This document shows, one piece after another, positions 42,601 through 55,817 of a stretch of DNA of 64,000 nucleotides. The notes beneath the pieces were generated by a model that worked only from the letters and a program-made list of their open reading frames with translations, was not told where the DNA came from and made no database searches. Both the position numbers and the translations under genes were made by a program. Each line of letters opens with the position of its first letter. The first letter of the stretch is position 1. Source of the DNA: Paragordius varius. Lineage: Eukaryota > Animalia > Nematomorpha. The stretch is taken from contig OZ176052.1 of the NCBI GenBank assembly GCA_964247055.1, positions 3,224,001 to 3,288,000 on the forward strand, given 5' to 3'.

Positions 42601-45600
42601 GAAATAATTAAATAAGTTAAGTAAGAAAGTATTATAAATTTGAGAAAAAGTCCTGGTATCATTTTAAATATATTTAATGACTTGTACTCCATCAGTTTTT
42701 AACTGAATGCAAAAATTTAAATTTGCTTATTTTGTTGTACATAGTTTCAAAGCCTATTTTTCCAACAAATCCAACGTACATGGAACATAGTGGCCATTAT
42801 TGGCCCAACGACTAGCCGTGTTACCAGTTTTGTTTCACCAATTCTTAGCTTTTTTCAAATACCACAAATAAGCCCCGAAGCAAATGCCGTTACTTTGAAT
42901 GGGAAAATGTAAGTTTTAACCTTATTGAATTATATATTTTACGCAATTAAAGACATTTTTTGCTTAATATTAATTTGTTATCATGACCAAATAAATATAT
43001 ACATTGATAGGTTTCACTATTTGTTTCGCCTAACTTCACCCCAACAAAAGTATTTGGATGCTTTGATGGCCATCATAAGCTATTTTCAATGGAATGAAGT
43101 GTCCCTTATCTACTCCCAAGACGTTTACTACATATGGTATCGACGGCAAATTTTGAGCTTAGCAACCGCCAATAAATATTGTATTTGGCATGAAATTTCC
43201 ATACCCTTTTCAAATTTTACGCATTTGAAAACATCGGGCACATTTGTTAGCCAATTTAGTCGAGTTCTGAGGGCTCAAAATGCCCGGATTGTTATAATCC
43301 TACTAAATACTAATCAATACAACTTTGTAATAGAAATATTTCATCGGTTAGATCCGAATCCCAATTTATTATTTGTATTTGTGGAACATTGGCCCCTTAC
43401 CTATGAACTGGTACGCAACAACCTCACAAACGTTATAAATGGAGCCATAGTATTGACAGAGTTTACAAAAAACTCCCTAAACTATAAATCTTGGCTTATA
43501 AACTCAAACTTATCTTATGAAATTGATACTACATATCCCTGGTTCCAGCACCTCAATAATGGCATCCTAAATTATGTAAAAAATAATCCTGTATATCCTT
43601 TAGATCCGCGTATTATGTTAACCTTAGATGGCGTTAGCACGGCAATGTTTGCTTTAAATAATCTAATTAATACGGCTTGTGCACATGTGATAAAACGAAC
43701 GCCAGATTTGTTACAATGTATTACTGCAGTTGATTTATGGCCCTACTTAGCAAATGTGTCGTTCATTGGATTGTCAGGACCGATAAATTTTAATGGTGGT
43801 AATACAGTACATGAACCGTTAAAAATAGCAAATTTGAGATTTGTCAATAATAGCTTTACACTGCTAGCTGTTGGTAGGTATGATACAAGCCATTCACCAA
43901 ATCACTTAAGCATCTGGACACCGATAGTGTGGAGAAATTATGAGTTTAGTAACGCCGCTAAAGCCCCTAAATCAAGTTGTTCCGCACCGTGCAAAAAGTT
44001 TGAACGATCTATTATGACGGAAAGAGTGTGTTGTTGGACCTGTAAGCGTTGTGATGGAAGGATAATATTTTCTAATTGGTCATCATCTATTACTTCTTCC
44101 TCGCGTTCAACTCCACTTGAATCGACATATACAAGGTGTATCGATTGTCCAATCTATACATGGCCTAACGCTAATCAAAGTGTCTGTTTACCATTACCAA
44201 TAAAATATTACAGGTGAGAAGATATACGAATCGATGCAAATTAATATGTTTTTTGGGAATCTACTTTATACACGACTCTATGTCGTTTTAATAATTACAG
44301 GGTACAGAACCGGAATAAACCACCTAAATTAAACGGTTTTGAGATTTAAGCAGGAACCTTTTTATATGATTTGCATTGACTCTGGTTTAATTTTACCAAA
44401 ACGACACAGGTTTTAGCTGTAACTTTTTAAAAAAAACGGTCACATTTTTAAATTATAAAAAATTAAGCCGGTTCTAGTTCCAACATTATTACCAACTTTT
44501 ACAGTTTAAATAATTTCCACATTCATTAAAACCAAGTTTATTTTTCCCTTCAAAAATGCCATATAAATTCGGTTTAAACACTCGATTTTTGTGTGGTTAA
44601 TAATTTAATTTGCATAGATCCGCCTTAAATCTCTATATTAACATATTTAGCTCGTATGGTGTCTGGGCCTTCCTCAAATTCCTTAGCGGAATGGGCTTAT
44701 TTCTCTCCATTGCACTCGTTGTATATTATATCAACAATATGGAATCTACTCGATTCATATTTGAATATGGACCACTGTTAATTATTCATTACATTGCGCT
44801 AGTGTTAGGTTTCATCTCCCTTTTAGTCATGATCAATCAATACCCAAATGATAAAAACTGTGGAGTTGCTTTGGGACTGTATATCATTTCATTTTTCCTA
44901 GTCATCACATCTATAGCAAGTCGTCAATATCTAATCATTGTTAAATTTAAAACCAAAGTTACTGTGACGCTGAATAAAAAATACCACCGTACCCTGATTA
45001 CTTTCTTCACCGTATCAATCGTTTTACAGGTAAATTTTATTTTGCTGAACATTAAATAATTGTTTTATCATTGCAATTAAATGATGTCTGATAGGGAATA
45101 AATGCGATAGAATCATAAAGAAATCTGGACATGTGCATTTTACTAGTGTTGTTAGAAGTGCCGTTTACAACTTACCACAATAAATAATTTAATATCTGAA
45201 ACCGTGCATAAGCATGGGTTTAAACCGTTTAGTTAAATGGTTATAACGAAAAATTACATATTTTGGTTATTTATTGGATAACAAAATTTCAAATTTTTTT
45301 ATTTTTTTAAAAAATAGGGGATTACGTTCCATTTAAGTAATACTTAATACCTGATTGGTTTGCAGACGATAATTTTTATAATAATATTTGTTTAAAAATT
45401 GGCTAATATTCTGCAAAAACATTTATAATTATATATAGCTCTCATGCTTGGCGTGTAGGCATGCAAAATATCCTGGATAATTTATATATTTTAACCATTA
45501 ATTCTTAGATAATTCTTATCCTTGTGGATCATTTTATTGACCCGGCTAATGTGTATTCAGTTGAACGGATAGATACAAGGCATAATTCGTTTAGTGAAAA

Positions 45601-45937
45601 ACATAACCATTTCATTGAACGATATTGTAGCCCGTATGCCATCACCAATTCCCTGTATATTGTTCAGGTTGGTATAAATGTGTTAATGCTTATCTGGCTT
45701 CTCATACAATTGATCAACATAAATCGAAATTATCATATGGTACCGAAAGAAATTCAACTCTTTCAAATTTGCACAGCGTTATGCATTGTAATATACATAA
45801 TTGGCACATTACTGTACACATTATTTCAGGGATTTTCAGCGCTCATAACATTTTACATCTCATATAACGCAATTTTATACACACAATTATTTTATTTATC
45901 CATACCCAAAATCTTTGTCCCTCATCGGTTATCTTAA
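39618..45937 (+). CDS. Class C (mGluR/CaSR-like) GPCR, orphan paralogue 1, ~831 aa
   Basis: Exons 39618-39938, 42745-42908, 43011-44213, 44651-45029 and 45509-45937 join in phase. Signal peptide; Venus-flytrap motifs GDINLGGLF, IIGP..S and FQIPQIS; nine-Cys domain (SCSAPC..CCWTCKRC..CIDC..C); 7TM with ECL2 YCSP and TM7 SIPK. Confidence 0.9.
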
Positions 45938-46178
45938 TTTATGCTATTATTATTATAACTTAATTATTTTGGAGTTCATTGCATATAGTATAAATTTTAT
46001 TCTTGTGGTTTAAAAAGGGTATGATATAAATTAGTAATCCAAAAATTGGCCAAAACTACGAATCAAGAAAGAATTTAATATCGATAAAAATAATAGGTAA
46101 GGCTCAAATAGCGAAAATCGCAATGGTAATATTTTTTAGAATAAAAAAATATATAATACTATCTATCATAATTTATAA

Positions 46179-48766
46179 TTATTTTAAAATGGATGATTGC
46201 TTTAATCTCTTCCATATTAGACTTTGGAAGTAATACTCAATCACATCAATGTCAAATATAACTTTTAGCCCGTATAAAAAGGTTGACACAATTTGAATGC
46301 CCAAACATGTGGTGAGTACAATTTTAGTTAATTTACTATCATCGCGACAAGATACAACGCGTATATTATATAATCTAATATGCTTGAGAGGGGGAGTTGT
46401 TTCGCCCTCTTCTGCACTTGCAGGGGTTTTAGTTTTGGCGCCAAAATCTTCAACATCTTCATCGTAATAGTAGTCTTCGTAATTGGCATCTTGATGGTAC
46501 ATTTGATCATAGTATTCATAGGATTTGGCTATAAATAAATTAAAAAATATTATTGGAGTATGGAATATTGAAAATAAGGACATAAAAATAGATAGGGGCA
46601 CTTTCAGTTTTGTGCTTTTTCCATAAAATTTAAAACTAATATGTATGTTGTAAATACAGTATGTGTAAGTATACATTGCTAGAAAATTATTCAGTATTGC
46701 CAAAGAGTAAATACAACAAAGGGCAGTATTATTGGCTAGTTGTAGTAAAAATTAAAATTAACTATAAGCCAATAATACTGCCCTTTGTTGTATTTTCTAT
46801 TTGGCAATAATTAATAACTTTCTAGGAATGCATACTTACTCATACTGTAATAATAAACGGCTTATGTATAAAATTGTCTTAAGGAATTGGAATCACCTAT
46901 ATTAGGCAAATAGGATCATTAACAACCGTTTCAATAATACTTACAAAAACTTTTTAATGTTTATAATTATTTTGTTTAATAACCTTAATATTGGTTGTTT
47001 CTATTTTTGAAAAATTAATATTTTTGCGGCTAATTAATTGAAAATACGTATAAAATTTTAGAATAATGAATGATATCAGGGTCATTTAACTGATAACATT
47101 GGACTCTAAATACTTTTTTGCAAAAAATACATTGGAACCAGAATACTGTTTAAACAGCTTATTGGCAAAAAAATTATTTGAAACAACCTTCGAAACCAAA
47201 ACCAACTGAATTTAACGGTGTTGGTTCCAATCCGTGTTTTAACGATAAGGCATAACATTGCACCATTTTTTATTTGTTTTACTAAAAATGAACACGTAAA
47301 CCCCTTATTCTGTGGATTGGATAAGATTACGATTATATATATTAATTTATAATTTGAGATTTTTTATATTTTTTTCGTATTCTCCAGAATATATTTAGAA
47401 ACTAGCTGTTATCTTAATTATAACTATTTTAAAATTTGTTAAGTTATTCCATAAAAAAACAATTGAATTTTAAATTTATTTTAATAAATTTAATTTGTGC
47501 CCTTAAATTACATTACAGACAATAGAATATAATTGTTATTAAACAGGCATAAATTTGCATTATTTTTCGTAATACTTTTAAACATTTATTACCATGTGCA
47601 TGCAATTTTTCTATATCTGGACTTATTCTTCCTGAAACCACGGAAGTTTTATTTGATTTTACGTGTCGTCTTTTCCTGAATATTTTTCCTCGTTTGGCTT
47701 GCAATAAACTTGATCGAGTGACATATTCGATTTCTTCTTGGTGGTCAAACTTAGGTAAATAGTAACAGGCATATAGGCCTTCCTCCGTATCACAATCACA
47801 GTCAAACAGAAATAATCGATTGGTTTTAGTTATAATGTGATATCTGAAAAGGTTTAAAATATTAACTTACAAATCAGTAAAAAAGAATTAAGATTTATAT
47901 CCTTTTAAAAACGCTGAGTTTTTTTGGCAAATCATTCCATACTTGGAAATCTTAGAAAATCGAATTTAGATTGTGCTAAGATAGGATTGCAAAATTGAAG
48001 GCTGGTTTTTAAAATATTATCGTGTAGATTCCTAAGATTTTATTTAACCCATCTATATTATTTTCATTAATAGTTTATAATTAAATTGGTGCATTAAATT
48101 TTTTTTAATATTCATATTAAAAAAGGGTGATAATGAAAAAATATATTTTAGATAACCTTCTTGTTTTTGGCACAAAAAGGTGAAATTTTCGCTAAAAAAT
48201 GTTATTTAAAGAAATATATTTAAAATTTAATAATGCAAGAAAAACTAAAAATGAGAGCGCCTTTTGTAAGAAATGCATAATGTTAACCTATATTCCGGTT
48301 TTAAAGCTGCAATTTTAACCCAAATAAACGTTCCCTGGTCTTCAGTTATATTTTTTGCCTGAGTGTCATCATTAAGTTGGAAAACCCGCTTTAATGAATA
48401 CTTTTCCCTTGGTGTTTCATTTTTGTCATGTTGAATTTGCCCAGATAATCTCCTTTTATTGCGTAACTTAAAATTTTTTATGGCCACACTGTTTGGGGAA
48501 AATATTTGCTGTAGATTTTTATTTTTAAATCCGTGACCTCTGAGAAATTCAAAAGGTTTTTCTTCTACGGGTTGTAAGACATCTTCGTCTTCTTCATCAT
48601 AGGTTGCCTCCTCTTGACAAAACAGTAGTAAGGAACCTTTATAGGGACAGGTTCGATGGACTACGGAATCAAATGTTTCATCATGTGAATCATATAACTC
48701 GACATTGATTAATATTGCCAACAAATATAAAATAGTAACGTGGTGGCAACATATTAGAGTAAACAT
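46179..48766 (-). CDS. Uncharacterised type I membrane protein with a putative interrupted Ig-like domain, 359 aa
   Basis: Exons 48766-48288, 47843-47593 and 46528-46179 total 1080 nt and are open with GT-AG joins. Hydrophobic N-terminus; Ig-like motifs GSLLLFC, FIWVK, RLFLFD, EEGLYAC and RLYNIRV; one TM helix near the C-terminus. Confidence 0.7.
46657..46847. mobile_element. 191-bp hairpin MITE (CAGT... termini, TA TSD; Tc1/mariner-pogo-like)
   Basis: Arms of ~85 bp are reverse-complementary, with a perfect 29-bp core (aaatacaacaaagggcagtattattggct). TA flanks both ends. Confidence 0.85.
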
Positions 48767-49603
48767 TGTGCCTTTTCATTTATATATTGTGAAATATACC
48801 CTATGTTTAGAAGCCTAAATTCTATGTTTGTTTAATACTGGTAAATGAGGAAGAACGTTCTAAACCTATACCATAAGATTAAACCAACAGTTTATAATTT
48901 TTCAGACCTATTGCCTTATTCATATAATGTGTGTCCAAATCGACGACATCATAATAAATTTATGTCTAGGTGTCCTAAAAGTATTAATAATTTATTAAGG
49001 TAAACCAATTTAATTTATGCGCAAATTTTATTGTCAACGCCAATACAATCCGTGCCATTAATGGAACGATGATTACAAACTTGTAACTTATTACCAAACT
49101 GTTTTTTCAATTAGTTTTTTTAATTAATGATAATTATTTTGACTTATTTTTTTTAGCGCAGCCTTTTGTATTTTTGCAAACTGATAACATATATATATAT
49201 ATATATAGATGTAGCACATTTTCATATCCTTTCAGAAAATTTTTAAATTTAAACAATATTAAAAATATTATAGCAAGTGTAGCATACATTTATTTACCAT
49301 AAATTATAAAAGGTATTATTTCAAAATAATTTGTACGCAATGGGAATAACAATTTAATATAGTAAACAGTCATTTTATTGGTTAGAAAGGTTTTCAAATG
49401 GTGAATGGAATATTGTTTGCAACTGTTAAAACATTATTTACCCTTTTCCCGCTTAAATTATACTCAGTATGTAAATTTAATTAGGAAATATAGCATAAGT
49501 ATGTAAACATCCAAAAAAATTTGGCCAATTAAAAATTTTAACCAATAATAAGGCTGTTAGGGGTATTATAAAAAGTGGTGAAAAGTACCAATTAAAATGC
49601 TTT

Positions 49604-52600
49604 TTAGAAAGCTTCATTATTTGGAACGTTAAAGTTTGAAGGTGTTCGGGGTAATGGTGATTTTTGCCCATTCATGATAAATTTAGCCTTGGGTACGGAC
49701 ACATAATATAAGTTTATGTATAAAACAATTAAATAAAACATTGCCCATGTAATGAGTGAAGGAATCCCTGTAAGGATAAAATAAAATATTGTTCCAGCTA
49801 AATACAGGAAACAACTTAAATTTGTGACCCATTGCAAATACATAATCTCCATATGAATCCCATACCTAATATTTGAATATAATACATATATATTATATAT
49901 AAATTATCCTTTTTTTCAAAAACAAGAGTTTCAACCAAAATATTTCATTAATAAATAATTAACAAAAAATAAATTATTTTGTTTTACCGAAATGAACTTA
50001 GGTTAATGGTCTGTAAGGTAAATATTACAAGACAAATAAGCTGCAAAGTTAATTGGATCCCCAGAAAATCACCCCGAACAAAAAAGGGAGAACAATATTT
50101 GTTCGCCTTTAACGTTTCGAATAAGCTAACAGTTTCATCGTATTCAAAATCATGTTTTGGCCTTGAAGAAAAATAAGCAAATTTTTCGGCGCCTTGTTCG
50201 TTGAATTGTATAACACTTTCACCTAGCCCAACATATATCCCAAACAAGACAATCTAAAATTATAAATATACTATTATTACGCTGTATGAATAGTTGAGAC
50301 TTTGCCGACAAAATACTTAAATAATGTATAAAACTCATGGGTCCTCTTACTTTTTACTTTCAAAAGTAATTTTTAAAATTAAAGTTGGTTATGTAAATTT
50401 GGCAGAAATTAGTTTTCCTATTGATTTTAATTTAATACCGAAATAGTTAAATAAAATAAAACAGTAAAGGGTAATCGACACATTTAGAAAGTTCAAATAC
50501 GTGCAGAGTCATGGATAGGTAATCCTTAATAATTATCGCGATCCATTTTTTCATATTTTTTAGTAAATGAAAAGTTTGATACTGGAATCACAAACATATA
50601 AATGCATTGCATAAAATCCATCAACTATACAATATACACAGTGTCCACAAATAAGCTGATGAAATATATATCTTAGGGAAATGTATCAGGATTATTATGG
50701 TGCTTTTGGCTTTTATGGGTATTTTTTTTGTAATAAGGACACCATAGAAAATAAAAATTTGCGCACATTTTTTAAATAATTTTTTTTGGTGAAAGCTAGA
50801 GTTTTTATAAAAAAAAACACTAAAATATATCGTAAACTATTTAAAATTGCAAAACAATATTTTTAAAAATTTTTAAGTCGACTCCAAAAGTCGCATTTTT
50901 ATACTCTTCTAAATTGGGCCACTCCTCTTAAAAACGCGAGAATGCCGGGTTATGCGATAAAAACTCAAAATATTTGCTAAATTTTGATATAAACTACAAA
51001 TAATTTTAAAAGTGCATAGTTTTTTAAAAAATTTAATTTTTAACATAATTTTGTTGAAGCGTACTTCATGATATTTTAAGTCATGAAGGAAACGGTTAAA
51101 AAAAACTTTAAGATATAATGAAAACACTAAGACCTAGACATTTAACACCTCAGAATTTTGATTGATAAAGGTATTCGTTGATCTCCAAATTTATGTTAAA
51201 TAAATATTGTGTTTTTTTACAAAAATTCACCAAAATTTTTAAACAAACGAACCTTTAATTAAACTGAAGCGAGAAAAATGTTTGGCATTATCGAATTATA
51301 ATAGAAAAAGTGTTTTTATAATATCTTAAAGCCTTCTTAAACCGTTTCCATAATGACTCAAATATTTAAAAGTACGCTTCTGCAAAATTTTGCTAATTAT
51401 ATTTTTGAAAAGTTATGCATTTTTTTATAAATATTTTTAGTTGATATAGAAATTTAGCATATATTTAAAATTTTTATCGTACCCAGCATTTTCGCGTTTA
51501 TTTTAAGAGGGCCCCATTTTAGAGTAAAAAAATGCGACTTTTAGAGCCCACATCATATATTTTTGGAAATATTGTTTTGCGTTTTAAATGTAGTTTATGA
51601 TATATTTTAATGATATTTTTGAAAATAAAGGCCGCTAGCTTTCACCAAATTTAAAAAAATGTGCGCAAATTTTGTCATTTTCTGATATGGACCACTTACC
51701 ACAGAAGTGTAAATACCCTTTTCAAATCAGCTTTTTCCTATTAGAATATAATTTCATCAGCCTAGCTTTTTATACCCCCCCTCCCCGATTGCGAACGCAA
51801 TGTATATGGCATACCAAACATGGTCGGATATTATTTGAAATTTGAAAATTGTACAATAAATTTTACAAAATGTGTATAGTATTTATCAATTTTTCCAAAT
51901 AGGTCATTATTATCATCAAGTGACCTATTTAGGTAAAAACTAAATCTCGATTAAAATTGAGAAGGGCAAAAATTATAAATACCTGAGCCATTAGTGATAT
52001 TCCTAGTAAATTCCAAATATTACGTTTGATTAATTCTTCTTTGGTCTGAGTTACGTTAGTTCGATATTTCTTAAGCACGACATATTGACGAGCCAAAAGA
52101 CTGACAAAAATAAACGTAATTGACATCGTGAAAGAAAATAAACTAGCGGCACATACGGGATACTTGGGCCATTTTACTAATACCATCATTATCGATGCAA
52201 AACCCAAAAAGATTCCGACATAATGAGAATGTAACAAGATGCGATACTCCAATCGAAAAGTAGTTGCCATATAATAAATGAGGTAAAAAAGAAGTGCAAT
52301 GCATGACAAAAATATCCCAAATGCGGCCAGAAAATAGAGGAAAGGCCACACTTGGTGATCCGCCACACGAATAACGGGTAAATCAAAACAACGACTTCGA
52401 TTCCGTTTTGGGGCAGTCAGGGCTGGACACATCATACATGTTTGAAAATTATTTTGGGCTAACATGGAGATTGGGGTAAAAATCATGCGCTTATTTTGGC
52501 AACTTCGACACGCCCAGCAACATTTTTGATCCGTGGTCATTGCCCTTTGATATGACTTACATGGCAAAGAACAACTGGACATAGGGGCTCCTGTTACATT

Positions 52601-55600
52601 GTCTACTTCCGTATTCCATTGAATTGGGTTGTTCAGAGTTAGCTTAGTAGGCCTTACGGTTGTATCAAATGTACCAACGGTTTGAAGATTGTAACCCTCT
52701 GAAAGTTTTTGGAAATTCGCTAGCCTTAATGATTCATCCACAGATTGATCTTTATTAAACTGAATATGTCCAGATTGCCCCGTAAAGTTAATCTGAAAAA
52801 AACTGGATTTCAAATTTTGATTCAGAATACAATCAATCATTATTTTATGGTTTTTTGTGTATATCTCAGAACTTGATTTTTTCAATATATCAAGGTATGG
52901 TTTACAATCAGTTGAAATGGATATATCTAAAGCAATCAACATGCTTTTCACACTATCTAATGTTAAGGCTACTCGCCGATCAATTTTTATTCGTTCAAGA
53001 TGCTTTACCTGGTTACTTTTTATTAGGTTCAAGAACCATGGGTGATTATACAATGGTAAATTACTCTGTGTAAATTGTTGTTTTTCTTGTGTAACATGGT
53101 TTAACCTTCTATCTTTCAAAAGCTTTTCAGATGTTAGCTCTTTCATCTTTAACCAAGAGCCCAGATTTTCAGTTATATTTGCATATTCCAATATAATTAA
53201 GGACCCTACTAAAACATCTTGCAAATGATGTCGATCTAATTCAGCCGTTGTGGGCCACGAATCTAACCCAATAAACGTGTGATTAACATGGTTAGGTATA
53301 GATTGTAATGCTTCAAGCAATGGGATGTATTGACGATAATTCAACAGTAGCATAATAATTTTGGCCCGTGTATTAATCCTTAACATCGACACCAATTGAG
53401 GCATGTATTGTGTCATATTCAAGTTGCGATTAGTTAATGCTATCCGTTCTTTAACGCAAATATTGTTGGCTAGTAAGGCTTTTGATAGCCTATCTTGATA
53501 AGCGGCATAATGGAAATCATTGGAGTATATGATTGATATCATATTCCAACGAAACTGTTTGTATAAATTGATTACAGCCCTGATATAACTTTCTTGTTGG
53601 GATGTAATGCGAAAAAGATAATTGTACCTAATCAAAATGATTGCATATTATAATGTAAAATATAAAATATATTGTAAAACTATGTAGCGTAATGTCCAAT
53701 ATCTATAATAGAGTGTTTTAGTATTTAATTCTGAAAGGTGGCAGTGCCTCTTTTAGAGGAAAATACGATACCGTATAAAAAGAATTTACAATAAAAATTA
53801 TATATTCTTATATCAACTATTATTGTCTGCAAAACACAAATTATTTTTTCTTACTTACGTAATAGATACATTAAACTTGATAAATTATACTTGCGTGACC
53901 CTAATCAAAAAATCATTCTTCACAAAAGTAAAAATATGAGTCGAATCAAAAAAATCGTCTACACAAAATAAATCTTATTATAAAATAATTTAAATAAATT
54001 ATAAACCTTATTCTAGAGAGTTGAGCCCCATTAGCTTCTGGACTTATATGTGGTAAGTGATAGAAAGTTAATAATGGTGAAACTGCCGATGTTTCTAGTG
54101 TCGAAGAGGGTCCAATCACACCCACAATACTGAAGATATGTCGTAATCGTACCATTATGATTGTTTGTAACTTAAATATAAAAATATTTAATAATAAACA
54201 CGAAACTAAACCTACCATTTATTTGCAATGCCTTAAAGAGTAGTCGCGAAACATTAAGCTCGTAAAAATTTCGGTCCTGCCAAAATCTCGATTTAAATTT
54301 ATATTACGACATATTTAAGTAATCTTCGCAAATGTCACCCGCGAAAGTCCATGGCATCATTACTTAATTCTTTACAAAGTATAAAATTTTACAAGAATGT
54401 GGTTGTTATCGCTAAAATTATTACGAGAAACGAAGCATGGTAGCGTTATAAAAACGATATCTTAAGCAGCAACTTATATAATTTTTATACCACGTCTATA
54501 AAATACCATAAAATACGCTTCAACAATATTGTTATGCATTTTTAAATAACTTATTTTCACAAGCTAGCATAAAACTGTTTTATCGGGCAATCTCGGCCTT
54601 TTTACGTTTATTTGTAAAAAACTCATATTATAGCGGTCCAAAAATATATTATTTTAGAAGCCAAAACTTAAAATTTACTAATGTGAATTATGTTTGGCTT
54701 TTAAGATATATTATGTTGAAATCAATCATTTAGCTTCAACCCACAAAAATTATTTAGCATAAAGTGCCCCAATTTGGCGATATTATGTGGAACCTTACCA
54801 CAAAAGAAATAGGCTTTACATAAGCCCCAAAACCAAAAGCACCATCATAAAAATCCTGCTATTTCTATATCAGTTATATTTTGGTGAACTCTGTATATTA
54901 TTGGTAATCGGTTATTATCAAGCTAAATTATCTTAAAAAATCCCGAAATCGTATTCTTATTAAAAAGAAAAATTATAGATTTCGGTGAATGTCATAACAT
55001 GTATACGCAAAAAATATATCCTAATTTTGTATATAAGGTACTAAACAAAATATTATACTTGATTTTAAACATTCATTTATCTTTAGAGCAGATGTGGCCA
55101 ACACGCAAACCCATGCGGCTAAATATTTATGCAGCCCGCGATAAATTTTATGTACATTTTAGAAAATTTAAATATTGATTATCTCAAACAAATTTTTTGA
55201 ATAAATCTTACTGAATTTTGGCAATGAAGAAAAAAATGACAAAAAATAGTAGTTTTTAGAATCTTATGTTTAATATTTAATATAATATAGTGCCCATATA
55301 TTTTGCGAATGCGGCCCGTCAGATTTTTTGATGCAGAAATGTGCGGCCCGCAAAGCCATTTGTTAAACACCCCTGCTTTAGAGCAAATAAAGGACCATAT
55401 AACCAATAATGGCTCTTGATTTTTATATATTTATTGAAACTGTTAAAAAAATGCTTAAATCATGCATTAACTATATTACAAAAGCTAACAGAAGCATACC
55501 AGGGCAGTGGAAGGCTGTTCACACGTTGGCACTATATAGTAACCTACGCTCACATTATATTTGGGTATGAAATAATTCTGGTTCCAATCATCAATCACAT

Positions 55601-55817
55601 AAATCATACTGAAAACTTTTAGAAGGGAATATTCATCGTATACATTGGTACATCTAACATCATTCGAATCCCACGCATTCTGATACACGGAAAATAGGCC
55701 ACCAATATTTATATTGCGTATAGCTTTTATAATAACCATAGGATATCTTTGTTGGGGTTTAGCCTCAATCGACAGCCATATTGCGCTGGATATTATCAAA
55801 ATTATGATGAGATTCAT
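49604..55817 (-). CDS. Class C (mGluR/CaSR-like) GPCR, orphan paralogue 2, ~884 aa
   Basis: Exons 55817-55500, 54170-54007, 53627-51983, 50253-49988 and 49865-49604 join in phase. Motifs NINIGGLF, VGVIGP, LPHISPEAN, FIGLDSW; nine-Cys domain SCSLPC..CCWACRSC..CMMC..C; 7TM with YCSP and TM7 SVPK. Confidence 0.9.
50636..51760. mobile_element. ~1.1-kb long-TIR non-autonomous element (family A) in a GPCR2 intron
   Basis: 50636-51030 and 51400-51750 are diverged inverted arms (gaaagctag, aatttgcgcacatt, aaagtcgcatttt, aaacgcga). The central block also occurs at ~12150-12420. Confidence 0.7.
54380..54882. mobile_element. Family A arm (degenerate) in GPCR2 intron 1
   Basis: Contains ccaaaaccaaaagcaccatcataaaaatcctg and ends ggtgaactctgTA. 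Confidence 0.45.
55089..55375. mobile_element. hAT/Charlie-type MITE (287 bp) in GPCR2 intron 1
   Basis: Imperfect TIR (CAGATGTGGCCAAC / GTTAAACACCCCTG), subterminal gcggcccg repeats and an exact 8-bp TSD, CTTTAGAG, at 55081-55088 and 55376-55383. The TSD is close to the Charlie NTCTAGAN target. Related fragments at ~24310 and ~40930-41170. Confidence 0.85.

Noticed and set aside
51770-51830. tttatacccc start resembling Helentron/DINE termini
   Set aside because: No partner subterminal inverted repeat or 3' hairpin was found.
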